The notes below the pieces were generated by a model. It saw only the letters and a list, made by a program, of their open reading frames with translations, was not told the origin of the DNA and did not search any database. A DNA stretch of 64,000 nucleotides from Chamaesiphon sp. (GTDB lineage: Bacteria; Cyanobacteriota; Cyanobacteriia; Cyanobacteriales; Chamaesiphonaceae), in NCBI GenBank assembly GCA_965246715.1, contig CBDFFH010000041.1:1-64000 (forward strand). The letters run 5' to 3'. Positions 29,038 to 39,039 of this stretch are shown here, piece by piece (positions within the stretch are counted from its first letter, which is position 1; every line of letters begins with the position of its first letter). Made by a program: the position numbers and the translations under genes.

Positions 29038-30276
29038 GTGACGACAGACAACTCATTAGAAGAAATGACTCTCAGACAACTACGCCGCGTGGCTAGTGCC
29101 TGTGGAGTCTCCCGTTACAGCAGGATGAGGAAATCCCAACTCCTGGAAGAAATTCAGAAAATTCAGAGTACTCAGTCTACTCAAAGCCCATCAACACAAC
29201 TGGAGGCACAATTAGCAGTGGAAGCAGGAAAATTTGAACTCGGAGTCGATGTCGATCTTACTGCTGCTGAGCTAGCTAGCGCGGATGAAGGCTTGGGCGA
29301 TTTACCCAGCGGTTATGGGGAAAGTCGGATCGTCTTAATGCCACGCGATCCACAATGGGCTTATGCTTACTGGGACATCCCGATCGAGCACAAAAATGAG
29401 TTGCGCTATCATGGCGGGCAACAATTGGCGCTCCGCATCTATGATGTGACTGACATCAATTTAGAGCATCAAAGCCCTCACAGCATCCAAGAATACCCGA
29501 TCGATGAAATGGCGCGGGAATGGTATTTACCGATTCCAGTGAGCGATCGTTCCTACTCGATCGATATTGGCTACCGTTGTGGCGACGGACGCTGGTTAGT
29601 CTTAGCTCGCTCTGCTTCTGTCGGTATTCCTCCTGTCTATCCTTCCGACTGGATCGAGGATATCTTTATTACTGTACCTTGGGAAGAAGAATTGGCAGGG
29701 AAAACCTTTGTCGAACTCGTACCTCCCAGCCACAAAGCTTCAGCCGCCACTGGTGCAGATAGTGGTGCGAGCACCAGCGAACGCAACGCGATCTACGAAC
29801 GGATTTTCGGGATGGCAGAATCAACCGAATCAATGCGGGTGGCTGGTTCGCTCTATGGTTCGATGCAACACTCGCCGATGGAGTCGCTCAGTTCGTTTGT
29901 CTTCCCCTCTGGCGTTGGCATGTGGGCGTTACCAACTGCTTCTGGCGTAAATATGTCAGGCATTGGCATGTCAGGAATTGGCATGGATACAGCAGATCGC
30001 AAACGTCAATTCTGGCTGATTGCTGATGCTGAGTTGATCGTCTATGGTGCTACCGAACCCGATGCCACAGTTTCGATCGGCGGACGGAACATCAAGCTCA
30101 ATCCCGATGGCACATTCCGGTTCCAGATGTCCTTCCAGGATGGCAATATCGATTATCCAATCGTCGCTGTAGCCAAAGATGGCGAACAACAACGCTCGAT
30201 TCATATGACATTCGATCGCGCTACCCCTTCCCAAAATACCAATACAAAGGAAGAAGCCGTCTCTGAATGGTTCTAG
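29038..30276 (+). CDS. Rho-termination N-terminal domain + DUF4912 protein
   Basis: LEEMTLRQLRRVAS...SRYSRMRKSQL; IVLMPRDPQWAYAYW; FWLIADAELIVYGATEPDA; GGAGG RBS. Confidence 0.88.
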   Translation: MTTDNSLEEMTLRQLRRVASACGVSRYSRMRKSQLLEEIQKIQSTQSTQSPSTQLEAQLAVEAGKFELGVDVDLTAAELASADEGLGDLPSGYGESRIVLMPRDPQWAYAYWDIPIEHKNELRYHGGQQLALRIYDVTDINLEHQSPHSIQEYPIDEMAREWYLPIPVSDRSYSIDIGYRCGDGRWLVLARSASVGIPPVYPSDWIEDIFITVPWEEELAGKTFVELVPPSHKASAATGADSGASTSERNAIYERIFGMAESTESMRVAGSLYGSMQHSPMESLSSFVFPSGVGMWALPTASGVNMSGIGMSGIGMDTADRKRQFWLIADAELIVYGATEPDATVSIGGRNIKLNPDGTFRFQMSFQDGNIDYPIVAVAKDGEQQRSIHMTFDRATPSQNTNTKEEAVSEWF

Positions 30277-30307
30277 TTACTCGCTCGCCGAGCGATAATT
30301 AAACGAT

Positions 30308-30346
30308 ATCAGCCCATCGATACCTTGCGAGGATCGATGGGCTGAT
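30308..30346. terminator. Stem-loop between convergent genes
   Basis: 14-bp inverted repeat ATCAGCCCATCGAT/ATCGATGGGCTGAT. Confidence 0.6.
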
Positions 30347-30516
30347 TCGATCGAGATTCTAGCTATTTGCCAACAACTTCTCCGAGAAGTCAGCGAGAGC
30401 GGAGTAATTACCAACAAAGGATCGCAAAAAAGTCAGGAGATTTAAATCATTAAACCTCCCGAGTCACTAAATCGATAGTTAATATATTAAAACTACCAAC
30501 GGGAAACTAATTTAGC

Positions 30517-31155
30517 CTATAGTTTTAAGGCAACAGCTTCTGTTGCAGTGGCTACTTTTTCATGCCCGTTATCGCCGTTACTTTGCCGAGGCTGAATTAC
30601 CCCAAATCCGCCGTGGTTGCGACGATAAACGACATTAATCTCGCCAGTTTCGATACTGCGATACATATAGAAGTCATGATCGACTAATTGCAGTTGAGCT
30701 AAAGCTTCTTCGATCGTCAGTGCTGACATGGCAAAGTATTTAGTCCGCACTACTTCTGCTGGTAATGTCGCAGCACGGTTGTCAGTCAGATTATAATCTA
30801 ATAGTTTTAAGTCTAATTCTTCGCTAATATCTTTAATATCTGCCGAGGTTTTCTTATTAAAACTCCGTTCTTTGTATTTGCGTAATTGACGAGAAATTTT
30901 ATCGGCAACTAGATCGATACTTGCGTATAAGTGCTCGCTAGCTTCTTCGGCACGAATCACTGCACCATTAGCATATATCGTCACTTCAGCTACTTGTGAT
31001 GCAGCAATGCGGGGATTTTTAGCAATTGATAGATTCACATCTATGCTAGTTGTAATGTTTTCAAAATGACTAACGGCTTTGACAATTTTCTGGTTTACAT
31101 AGTCACGGATCGCATCGGTGATTTCGATGTTCTTACTCTGGAGCACAAGCTTCAT
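30517..31155 (-). CDS. hpf: Ribosome hibernation promoting factor (long HPF / LrtA)
   Basis: [77 protein letters not shown] 6 nt upstream of ATG 31155. Confidence 0.95.
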   Translation of the reverse strand: MKLVLQSKNIEITDAIRDYVNQKIVKAVSHFENITTSIDVNLSIAKNPRIAASQVAEVTIYANGAVIRAEEASEHLYASIDLVADKISRQLRKYKERSFNKKTSADIKDISEELDLKLLDYNLTDNRAATLPAEVVRTKYFAMSALTIEEALAQLQLVDHDFYMYRSIETGEINVVYRRNHGGFGVIQPRQSNGDNGHEKVATATEAVALKL

Positions 31156-31509
31156 AAGCATCTCCTACTATTTAGGTTGTGGTTAAAGTTGAGATAGGCA
31201 GAAAAATTTTGGAAACAATTGTTTCCGCTGTAGCGAATTTTACTCACCTTACTGACAAGATCGATTACACTGCCTTGAAAGTCTGCGTCAGCTTTTGTAG
31301 GTGATTATCTATAATTGAATAATGTAACTACCTCACCTTTTTGTGACTAACTATACATTAGCATTATATAAGCGATCGAGCCGCTTAATTTCGATCGCTA
31401 GTTAGAATACTTTGCATTCTGTGACATTCATTTACATCTTGCAAAATAACCTAGCTCATCTACAATTACTGTTAGCTAACAAACACTTTCAACCCCGAAC
31501 ATCGCTGAT

Positions 31510-32418
31510 ATGACGACTATAGCCACAATTCGCGTCCCTGCTACCACCGCTAATTTAGGAGCGGGATTTGATTGCATCGGTGCTGCACTCAGCTTGTACA
31601 ACGAGTTTACTTTGACAACGATCGATACAGACAGTCTCGTAATTGCCGTGCGGGGCTTAGAAGCAGCCAAAGTCAACATCGACGAGAGCAACCTCGCCTA
31701 TCAAGCTTTTCTTAGATTGTATACTCGAATCGATCGTCAGCCGCCGGTCATCCAACTCGAAATCGAATTAGGCGTGCCGCTAGCTAGAGGCTTGGGCAGT
31801 TCGGCGACAGCGATTGTCGGCGGTTTGTTGGGGGCGAATGCGATCGCCGGTTCGCCCCTATCCGCAACCGAGGTGATGCAACTGGCGATCGAGATGGAAG
31901 GACATCCCGATAATGTCGTGCCAGCTTTAATCGGTGGCTGTCGCTTAGCGGCGACGGCTAGGGATGGCTGGGCGATTGCCGATATTCCCTGGCATAGTAG
32001 CATTGTGCCAGTAGTTGCTATTCCCAATTTTGAACTCTCGACATCAGCGGCTAGGAGCGTTTTGCCGACTGAGTACAGTCGCGCCGATGCGATCTTTAAC
32101 ACGGCACATTTAGGCTTAACAATCCGAGGTTTGGAGACAGGTAATGCCGATTGGTTGACGGCGGGATTGGTCGATCGCATCCACCAGCCTTACCGTCAAA
32201 AACTTATTCCTGGCTACACTGATGTCGAACGCGCCGTAATAACTGCTGGCGGCTATGGGATGGTTATTAGTGGTGCAGGGCCGACATTGCTAGCCTTAAC
32301 TACCGCAGAACGTGCCTTGGCAGTCGCTAGCGCTATGTCCCAAGCCTGGGCAACTCACGATATCCAAGCCCAAGCTCAACCACTAACGATCGATCTCCAA
32401 GGGGCTGTAGTTAGGTAG
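31510..32418 (+). CDS. thrB: Homoserine kinase
   Basis: VPATTANLGAGFD, PLARGLGSSA, EGHPDNV, ISGAGPT. Confidence 0.97.
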   Translation: MTTIATIRVPATTANLGAGFDCIGAALSLYNEFTLTTIDTDSLVIAVRGLEAAKVNIDESNLAYQAFLRLYTRIDRQPPVIQLEIELGVPLARGLGSSATAIVGGLLGANAIAGSPLSATEVMQLAIEMEGHPDNVVPALIGGCRLAATARDGWAIADIPWHSSIVPVVAIPNFELSTSAARSVLPTEYSRADAIFNTAHLGLTIRGLETGNADWLTAGLVDRIHQPYRQKLIPGYTDVERAVITAGGYGMVISGAGPTLLALTTAERALAVASAMSQAWATHDIQAQAQPLTIDLQGAVVR

Positions 32419-32434
32419 ACGACGGGACTAAATA

Positions 32435-32778
32435 ACGTGAGTTCGGGTTAAGGATATTTGCTTCGTTCAAGCACCGCACTCGATTGGGTCTTGTCGCGCT
32501 AAACCCTCGGCAAAGCCGAGGAGCGCGCGCCGCAAATCGGTGCTAATAGTGCAAAGTCCGGTTGTTGCCGCGAGCGGCAAAAGCCTGCCTTCGCGGACTA
32601 ATTATCTAGTCCGCGAAGCGAAAAGTGCGGTCTTGGGGCTTCCCCAAGTAGAGCACCTTTTCAAGACAGCGACGCGCGCTCCTCGGGTTCCCCGAGGGTT
32701 TAGCGCGTCAAGACAGGCGGACTTTGCATCATGAGCCGAGACTTCAGTCTCCAGGCTATTCTTATCCCGAACTGACGT
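32435..32778. mobile_element. 344-bp MITE (IS982-like ends by inference) with 6-bp TSD and nested small repeats
   Basis: TIR ACGTGAGTTCGGGTTAAG...CTTATCCCGAACTGACGT flanked by TAAATA on both sides. Confidence 0.88.
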
Positions 32779-32821
32779 TAAATAAATTTTAAAAAGTGGG
32801 GCTAAGAAAAAGAGTCCGATC

Positions 32822-33430
32822 TTACTCATCGCTTTTCCAGCGCCTGAGGGGAACGCAGTCGATCTCAAGCCGATCTAAAGCCCTGGCAATGACAAAATCG
32901 ACCAGATCCTCGATCGATTGCGGTTGATGATACCAGGCAGGAATTGCTGGAACGATCGCCGCACCAGCTTCGGCGAGGGTAGTAAGATTGCGGAGATGGA
33001 TCAGACTAAATGGAGTTTCACGCGGCACTAGAACTAACTTGCGGCCCTCTTTGAGTTGGACATCAGCGGCGCGCTCGAGTAAATCGCCACTCAATCCCGC
33101 CGCCAATTTACCAATGGTACTCATGCTACAGGGAATAATTACCATTCCCTGAGTACGAAAAGAGCCGCTAGCAATATTTGCACCGACATCTCCCCAGCGA
33201 TGACAACGTAACTTACCCGCAGTTGGTATGCCAGCCTGCTCGCGCCAAAACTCAGCCTGTTCGTCGGGTTCGCTGGGTAATCGCAGTTGGTCTTCGGCTT
33301 GGAATACTACATAAGTCGATCGAGATGCCACTAGTTCGACTTGATAGTCAGCTTCGAGTAGATATTTGATCGATCGAATCGCATAGATTAAGCCAGATGC
33401 GCCAGTAACGCCGAGAATGAGGGGCTTCAT
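32822..33430 (-). CDS. ubiX: Flavin prenyltransferase
   Basis: GVTGASG, IASGSF, PCSMSTI, LLERAADVQLKEGRKLVLVPRETP, PAWYHQP. Confidence 0.96.
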   Translation of the reverse strand: MKPLILGVTGASGLIYAIRSIKYLLEADYQVELVASRSTYVVFQAEDQLRLPSEPDEQAEFWREQAGIPTAGKLRCHRWGDVGANIASGSFRTQGMVIIPCSMSTIGKLAAGLSGDLLERAADVQLKEGRKLVLVPRETPFSLIHLRNLTTLAEAGAAIVPAIPAWYHQPQSIEDLVDFVIARALDRLEIDCVPLRRWKSDE

Positions 33431-33473
33431 TAAATTATGAATTGTGAATGATAAATTATAAATGATGGAACTA

Positions 33474-33723
33474 ACGTCAGTTCGGGATAAGGATATCTGC
33501 TCCGTTCCTGCACTGCCAACGATTGTGTCTTGTCTCGCTTTTTACGTCGGGAAACCCGACGAGCGCGAGCCGCAAATCGTGGCTCGTGTTGCAAAGTCCG
33601 GTTGTTGCCGCGAGCGGCAAAAGCCTAGGCAGACTTTGTATTGTTAGCCCCGATTTCAATCGGCGGCGGTGCAAGAACAAAGCCAGAAGCCATTGAGTGT
33701 AGATCCTTATCCCGAACTCAGGT
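33474..33723. mobile_element. 250-bp MITE of the same family with 6-bp TSD
   Basis: TIR ACGTCAGTTCGGGATAAGG...CCTTATCCCGAACTCAGGT flanked by GAACTA at 33468-33473 and 33724-33729. Confidence 0.88.
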
Positions 33724-33840
33724 GAACTAAGTTATCGAGCGACTAGCCAAGATTGACTAGTCACCAGTCACTTTTCACTTATCCACTTTCTCGTTCAGCT
33801 GCTTGGTGCAACACATGCGGAGAATGCTATCCACTAGCGA

Positions 33841-36183
33841 CTATTCCTCAAATTCTCGATCGAACTCTTCGCCCTCGAACTCGTCTTCTAGCTCCCGTTC
33901 TAAAGAGGTTGGCTCGATTTGGGCTTCGTCGGGATTTGCCTCGGCTGCTGCGGCTTCTGACAAGACACTGGTGACGGTGACTAAATCGATTTGTTGGCGA
34001 TAATAGTCTACACTTTTGACTTGCACTTCTACTCGATCGCCGAGACGGTAAGAAGTGCGATTTTTGCGTCCTACTAGGCAAGCATAACGCGGTCGAAATT
34101 CGTACCAGTCATCCTTGAGCGAACTGACATGTACCAAGCCTTCAACTAGCGAATCCTCGATTTCAACGAAGAAGCCATAAGATTGAACCCCAGTGATCAA
34201 ACCTTGGAAAATCTCCCCAGTACGCGCCTTCATCTTCTCCGCTTTTTGTAACCCAGCGAGGTCGTTTTCAGCATCTTGGGCGCTCTTGGTGCGATCGTTG
34301 AGATGGGCGATGATACCAGTAAGTTGGGTTTCTAGTTCTTGCTGAACTGTTGGCGTGAGCACGTTCCAGGTAATTTGACCGTGACAGCTACTACTGGAGA
34401 GATCGACCACTTCTTTAGCTCGAGAAGTCTTGCGATCGCGCCCGGTCGCAAATACTTCATGCAACACCCGCTGAACTAAAATATCGGGATAGCGGTGCAG
34501 TGGTGAAATACAGTGGGTATAACCATTTTCGATCGCTAGTCCGAAGTGAGTGCCTGGCTTGGTACTATATACCGTGGTTTTGAGCAGGGATTTGAACAGA
34601 TAATTGAGGACTTGTGGCACTGGCGAACTAGCAAATTGCTGGCTGAGCCGTTGTAAGTCAGCGACGCTAATTTCCGTCTCGACTTCACCCTCGAAATTTA
34701 GACCCAAATTGATTGCTAGTTTGATCGAGTCATTAACTTCCACCAGATCTGGATTGTGCTGGATCGCATAAATTCCGGGCACCTGTAATGCCTGCAAATG
34801 TACGGCAACAGCGTAGTTTGCCATCACCATCACATCGGTCAATAGCGAGAGCGGATCGTCTAAAAAGATCGCGCCCAACCTGCCTTCGTCAGCGAACGGG
34901 GCTTGCTTCTGGAGCAAATCTACTTCCAGACCGCCTCTCGATCGGCGCTGCTCTCGAAAAGCTGGCGCGATCGTCTTCCAGATCGGTTTGACGATTTCGA
35001 GCGCTTGTGGGTCGATTTTCGTGACTCCATCGGCCAAGATCGCCTCGATGTCAGTGGGGTGGAGCGACCAATCCAACCGAATTCGGCTCGGTTGGATCGT
35101 AAATTCGATCAGCTCGCCGCGCTCGTTGAGCGAGAGAAATACCGAAATCGCCAGCCGTTCGACACCTGGGCTAAAACCGCAAGTAGCGTGGATGGCTGCA
35201 GGTAAGAGCGGAATGGTATTTTCACCTAAATATACGGCTGTCCCGCGTTTTTTAGCTTCGCGATCGAGTCTGTCATCAGCAGCGATATAACTAGCAATAT
35301 CGGCAATATGTACGCCCAACCGGAGGATCTCGCCATCTAAATGTTCGATCGTCAGCGCATTGTCGGTCGGCCCGGTTTCGGCACTGACAGCGATGGTCGG
35401 TAGCTGGGTCAGATCGATTCTTTTTTCAGCCAGCCGATCTTTAAATCCAGTGGTAATCTTGGCCGCACTGGCTTCTACCTCGGGGCCGAAGGTGAGGTGG
35501 AGATCGTGTTTGCAGGTGACGATATCGAGATCGGCAGCCGATTCAGCAGTAGTCCCTAATACCCGTGCTACCTTACCAATTGGTAAATCTTGTCCGATCG
35601 CATGGCGGACGACATCGATATGCACTAAGTGATCGAGGATGTCATCTAGCGCGATCGGTTCGTGCCCATTGGTATCGCCATTCCCGGTTGGCATCACATC
35701 CAACTCGAATAACAGCCGATCGTCCAATGGGAGCGCGCGATACTCACCCGTTTCCAATTTTCTGACCTTGGCTAAGACGGAAGGATTTGCCCGCTCTAAA
35801 ATCAGCTTGACAGCACCTTCGGGACTGCGCCGCCGCGTTCCTTCTTTAATCGTCTCGATCAACACGCGATCGCCATTCCAGGCATTACTGAGATGACTTT
35901 CGCGGATGTAAATATCATCAGCAGCCTCTTCATCTTGGATTGCAAAGCAAAACCCTTTACTAGAGCAGCGAAGCTTGGCTTCGACAATTCGATCGCTTAG
36001 TTCGCGCCGAAACTTCCCTTTCTCCTTCACCAAAATGCCGATTTTTTCTAGTAACTCCAGCGCCAATTCCAACTGCTCGACACTTGCGGGGGTTTCACAA
36101 CCCAACTTTTTTTCCAGTAATTTTGGGGCAACTAACTTATCAGAACTCACATGCGATAGCAGCGTGGCGATCGAAAATTCCAT
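33841..36183 (-). CDS. zam: RNase II/R family protein (Zam-like)
   Basis: MEFSIATLL start, LRCSSKGFCFA cold-shock domain, HIADIA, HFGLA...SPLHRYPD, S1 domain GLITGVQSYGFFV. Confidence 0.85.
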   Translation of the reverse strand: MEFSIATLLSHVSSDKLVAPKLLEKKLGCETPASVEQLELALELLEKIGILVKEKGKFRRELSDRIVEAKLRCSSKGFCFAIQDEEAADDIYIRESHLSNAWNGDRVLIETIKEGTRRRSPEGAVKLILERANPSVLAKVRKLETGEYRALPLDDRLLFELDVMPTGNGDTNGHEPIALDDILDHLVHIDVVRHAIGQDLPIGKVARVLGTTAESAADLDIVTCKHDLHLTFGPEVEASAAKITTGFKDRLAEKRIDLTQLPTIAVSAETGPTDNALTIEHLDGEILRLGVHIADIASYIAADDRLDREAKKRGTAVYLGENTIPLLPAAIHATCGFSPGVERLAISVFLSLNERGELIEFTIQPSRIRLDWSLHPTDIEAILADGVTKIDPQALEIVKPIWKTIAPAFREQRRSRGGLEVDLLQKQAPFADEGRLGAIFLDDPLSLLTDVMVMANYAVAVHLQALQVPGIYAIQHNPDLVEVNDSIKLAINLGLNFEGEVETEISVADLQRLSQQFASSPVPQVLNYLFKSLLKTTVYSTKPGTHFGLAIENGYTHCISPLHRYPDILVQRVLHEVFATGRDRKTSRAKEVVDLSSSSCHGQITWNVLTPTVQQELETQLTGIIAHLNDRTKSAQDAENDLAGLQKAEKMKARTGEIFQGLITGVQSYGFFVEIEDSLVEGLVHVSSLKDDWYEFRPRYACLVGRKNRTSYRLGDRVEVQVKSVDYYRQQIDLVTVTSVLSEAAAAEANPDEAQIEPTSLERELEDEFEGEEFDREFEE

Positions 36184-36470
36184 ATAGTTTAATTTACCTC
36201 CACCCAAGAACATCTTCATTGATTAAGTTTGTAGTCTTACTAACTTACAGCACACTCGACGAGACCACCCTTCCCAACAATCTTAGCAACACTAAATTAT
36301 CCATACACGTGGAATGGTTATGCCTTGGGACGATCGTGGTTGCAACGTTGAGCGGCTGCGATTTACTACATGTTGTCTGACAAGGTGTGAAATGACAGCA
36401 TTAGACTAACGGATCTGTATTCAATAATTATCACTAACTAGTAAATCGATCCATCTCCCCATCCGAATCG

Positions 36471-36494
36471 TTGGCGTAGCCGCTGAGAGAGAGA
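36471..36494 (+). mobile_element. Probable degenerate 24-nt SDR-like element
   Basis: ATCG|TTGGCGTAGCCGCTGAGAGAGAGA; same TTGGC..AGCC start as the other copies, but right flank is degenerate. Confidence 0.45.
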
Positions 36495-36845
36495 GTCAAT
36501 CCATACCTTGCCCGACATTGACTATTTCTGCTTTAACTGTTTGGAAGTTTGCAGTTATCAGTTTCATCATTTGGGCTTTACCAATTTCCCAATTTCTGCA
36601 ATCTCATCAATTTAACATCAATTACTCTCCTCTACCGTCTCTTCGTTGCGATCTATATACGCAACTGTCTGGCGGTGGTTTACGAAGTTAGTAACAGAAT
36701 CGTTGACTGCGATAACAGTACTTGATGCATGCTTCTATAATCTTACCCTCCCATGTCACTTCTGATACCATTTTCATCAAAAGGGTCGAGACTGGGGATC
36801 GCTCGATTTCGATCCGGAGAATGACAACAAGTACTAAAATACTAG

Positions 36846-36877
36846 TTGACATATTATGGTGTTTATCACCATAATAT
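36846..36877 (+). promoter_or_regulatory. pncB operon promoter with overlapping NrtR operator
   Basis: TTGACA (36846-36851) and CATAAT (36870-36875); palindrome ATATTATGGTG-TTTAT-CACCATAATAT with GT-N7-AC core. Confidence 0.85.
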
Positions 36878-36901
36878 AGGAAAGCTAACTTGCGTAAATT
36901 G

Positions 36902-38275
36902 ATGAAGCCACAAACTTTCCCGAATCATACCAGCTTTCATCAGGTAGAGTCACTGTCATGCTTATCTACTGAAGATTATAGCTTATTGACCGATCTGTAT
37001 CAATTGACGATGACGGCTTGCTATACAGGCGAAGCGGTCGAGTGTGCCTCAGCTAGCTTTGAATTATTTGTACGGAAATTACCAACAGGCTTTGGTTACC
37101 TGGTAGCGATGGGTTTGACTCAAGCCCTAGAATATCTGGAACGACTGCGGTTTACGCCCGATCGGATCGCTCAACTCCAAGCTACCGGAATTTTTACTAA
37201 CGCACCCGATCGGTTTTGGGATCTACTTGCTACCGCCAAATTTACAGGCGATGTCTGGGCAGTGCCCGAAGGAACAGTTATTTTTGCTAACGAACCGATC
37301 CTCCGCATCGAAGCTCCACTCTGGCAAGCCCAGCTCGTAGAGACTTATCTCCTCAATACCATCAATTATCAAACCCTGATTGCCACCAGAGCCGCGAGAT
37401 TGCGCGATGTGGCTGGTGCCGATGCCCTCTTACTCGAATTTGGCACTCGCCGCGCTTTCAGCCCCCAAGCTTCACTCTGGGCAGCACGGGCAGCGATCGC
37501 TGGTGGGTTAGACAGTACCTCAAATGTTTTAGCTGCCTTACAATTGGGTGTTAAACCTAGTGGTACGATGGCACATTCACTGGTGATGGCTTTAGGTGCA
37601 TTAGCGGGTAGCGAACAAGCGGCTTTTAGTGCTTTTCACCGTTACTTTCCTGGAGCGCCATTATTAATCGATACTTATGATTCGATCGCGGCGGCAACAG
37701 CTTTAGCGACACGGGTGGCGGCTGGCGAGATGGAACTATCCGGAATTCGGCTCGACTCTGGAGATTTAATTGATTTATCCAAACAGGTGAAGGAGATCCT
37801 ACCTGGAGTAGATATTTTTGCCAGCGGCGACTTGGATGAATGGGAAATCGCCAAATTGAGAGCGGCGAACGCACCGATTAACGGCTTTGGCTTGGGTACA
37901 AAATTAGTGACGGGTAGCCCAGTCAATGGGGTATACAAACTAGTCGAAATCGATAATATTCCCACGATGAAACGATCTGCAGGTAAGATGACTTACCCTG
38001 GTAAAAAACAAATTTTTCGGCAATTTCAAGCTGGACGATTCGATCGAGATATTCTTGGTTTAGTCTCTGAAGGTGAAGGTTTATTACACCTTGTCATGCA
38101 CAACGGCGAGCGCTTCCGATCGGATGAAGATCTGGCAACAATCAAACACCGAACGGGTCTAAGTGTAGCTAATTTACCTCCAGACTTGCGAGATATCGAT
38201 TACGATCGAATTGCACCAGTCGATCTTTCTCCAGCCTTAGTCCGGCTGACTCAAAGCTTAGGTAATGGAGGATAA
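36902..38275 (+). CDS. pncB: Nicotinate phosphoribosyltransferase
   Basis: LLTDLYQLTM, EFGTRR, TSNV, GTMAHS, LIDTYD, IRLDSGD, GVYKLVE. Confidence 0.95.
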   Translation: MKPQTFPNHTSFHQVESLSCLSTEDYSLLTDLYQLTMTACYTGEAVECASASFELFVRKLPTGFGYLVAMGLTQALEYLERLRFTPDRIAQLQATGIFTNAPDRFWDLLATAKFTGDVWAVPEGTVIFANEPILRIEAPLWQAQLVETYLLNTINYQTLIATRAARLRDVAGADALLLEFGTRRAFSPQASLWAARAAIAGGLDSTSNVLAALQLGVKPSGTMAHSLVMALGALAGSEQAAFSAFHRYFPGAPLLIDTYDSIAAATALATRVAAGEMELSGIRLDSGDLIDLSKQVKEILPGVDIFASGDLDEWEIAKLRAANAPINGFGLGTKLVTGSPVNGVYKLVEIDNIPTMKRSAGKMTYPGKKQIFRQFQAGRFDRDILGLVSEGEGLLHLVMHNGERFRSDEDLATIKHRTGLSVANLPPDLRDIDYDRIAPVDLSPALVRLTQSLGNGG

Positions 38276-38346
38276 ACACGATGCAAGATCTCACAATTAA
38301 GTATCCCCTCTGTGCTACTCCCGATCCCCTACTCCCTACCCCCTTA

Positions 38347-38982
38347 ATGCAGGTTGCTTTATTTGGAACCAGTGCCGATCCGCCAACTATCGCCCATCAG
38401 GAAATTATTAGTTGGTTGGCATCGCAATTCGTTGGCGGAGCCTCTCCACAGGAGATTCGAGTGGCAGTTTGGGCAGCCGATAATCCTTTTAAAGTGCATG
38501 GGGCATCGCTAGCACAACGATCGCAGATGCTAGAGTTATTGATTGCTGAAATCGATCCAGCGATCGGTCATCGCGCCAAAGTTTATCCAGAGTTAAGCAG
38601 TCGCCGGACGATCGAATCACTAATTACCGCCAAAGAAATCTGGAGTGATGCTGACTTTGTTTTGGTAATCGGTGCGGATTTAGTCGAGCAATTACCCCAG
38701 TGGTATCGAGCTGCTGAATTATTAGCCCAAGTCAAATTATTAATCGTGCCGCGTACAGGCAATAATATCGATCCAACTAGCATCGATAAGCTGATCGACT
38801 TAGGCGCACGTATCGCGATCGCACCGTTGGCAACGCCCGCAGTTTCTTCGACAATCGTCCGTACCAATCATTCACATCTGTCTCCCAGCGAATCGCATAA
38901 ATTACTCTCCGAGCCAGCGATCGAAGGTTTGACTCCAGCAGTGGCAAAATATATCCACCAACAGGAGCTGTATAAATTATGA
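38347..38982 (+). CDS. nadD: Nicotinate-nucleotide adenylyltransferase
   Basis: ALFGTSADPPTIAH, DNPFK.H, IGADL..LPQW, VSST; alternative start at 38281. Confidence 0.92.
   Translation: MQVALFGTSADPPTIAHQEIISWLASQFVGGASPQEIRVAVWAADNPFKVHGASLAQRSQMLELLIAEIDPAIGHRAKVYPELSSRRTIESLITAKEIWSDADFVLVIGADLVEQLPQWYRAAELLAQVKLLIVPRTGNNIDPTSIDKLIDLGARIAIAPLATPAVSSTIVRTNHSHLSPSESHKLLSEPAIEGLTPAVAKYIHQQELYKL
38432..38455 (+). mobile_element. 24-nt SDR-like in-frame insertion in nadD
   Basis: TTCG|TTGGCGGAGCCTCTCCACAGGAGA|TTCGA adds 8 codons (FVGGASPQEIRV where F-x-R-V is expected). Confidence 0.7.
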
Positions 38983-39039
38983 ATTATGAATTATGAATTC
39001 TAAGTTATGAATCAAGGCTAGTAGACAACGATCGATTTT

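Noticed and set aside
32540..33680. Small ORFs 32540-32734, 32602-32868, 33462-33647 and 33477-33680 as transposase remnants
   Set aside because: They translate MITE or repeat DNA and show no DDE or HUH motifs.
36220..36840. Hidden gene or ncRNA in the long zam-pncB intergenic region
   Set aside because: The minus-strand frames I translated are broken by stops; no recognisable RNA motif.
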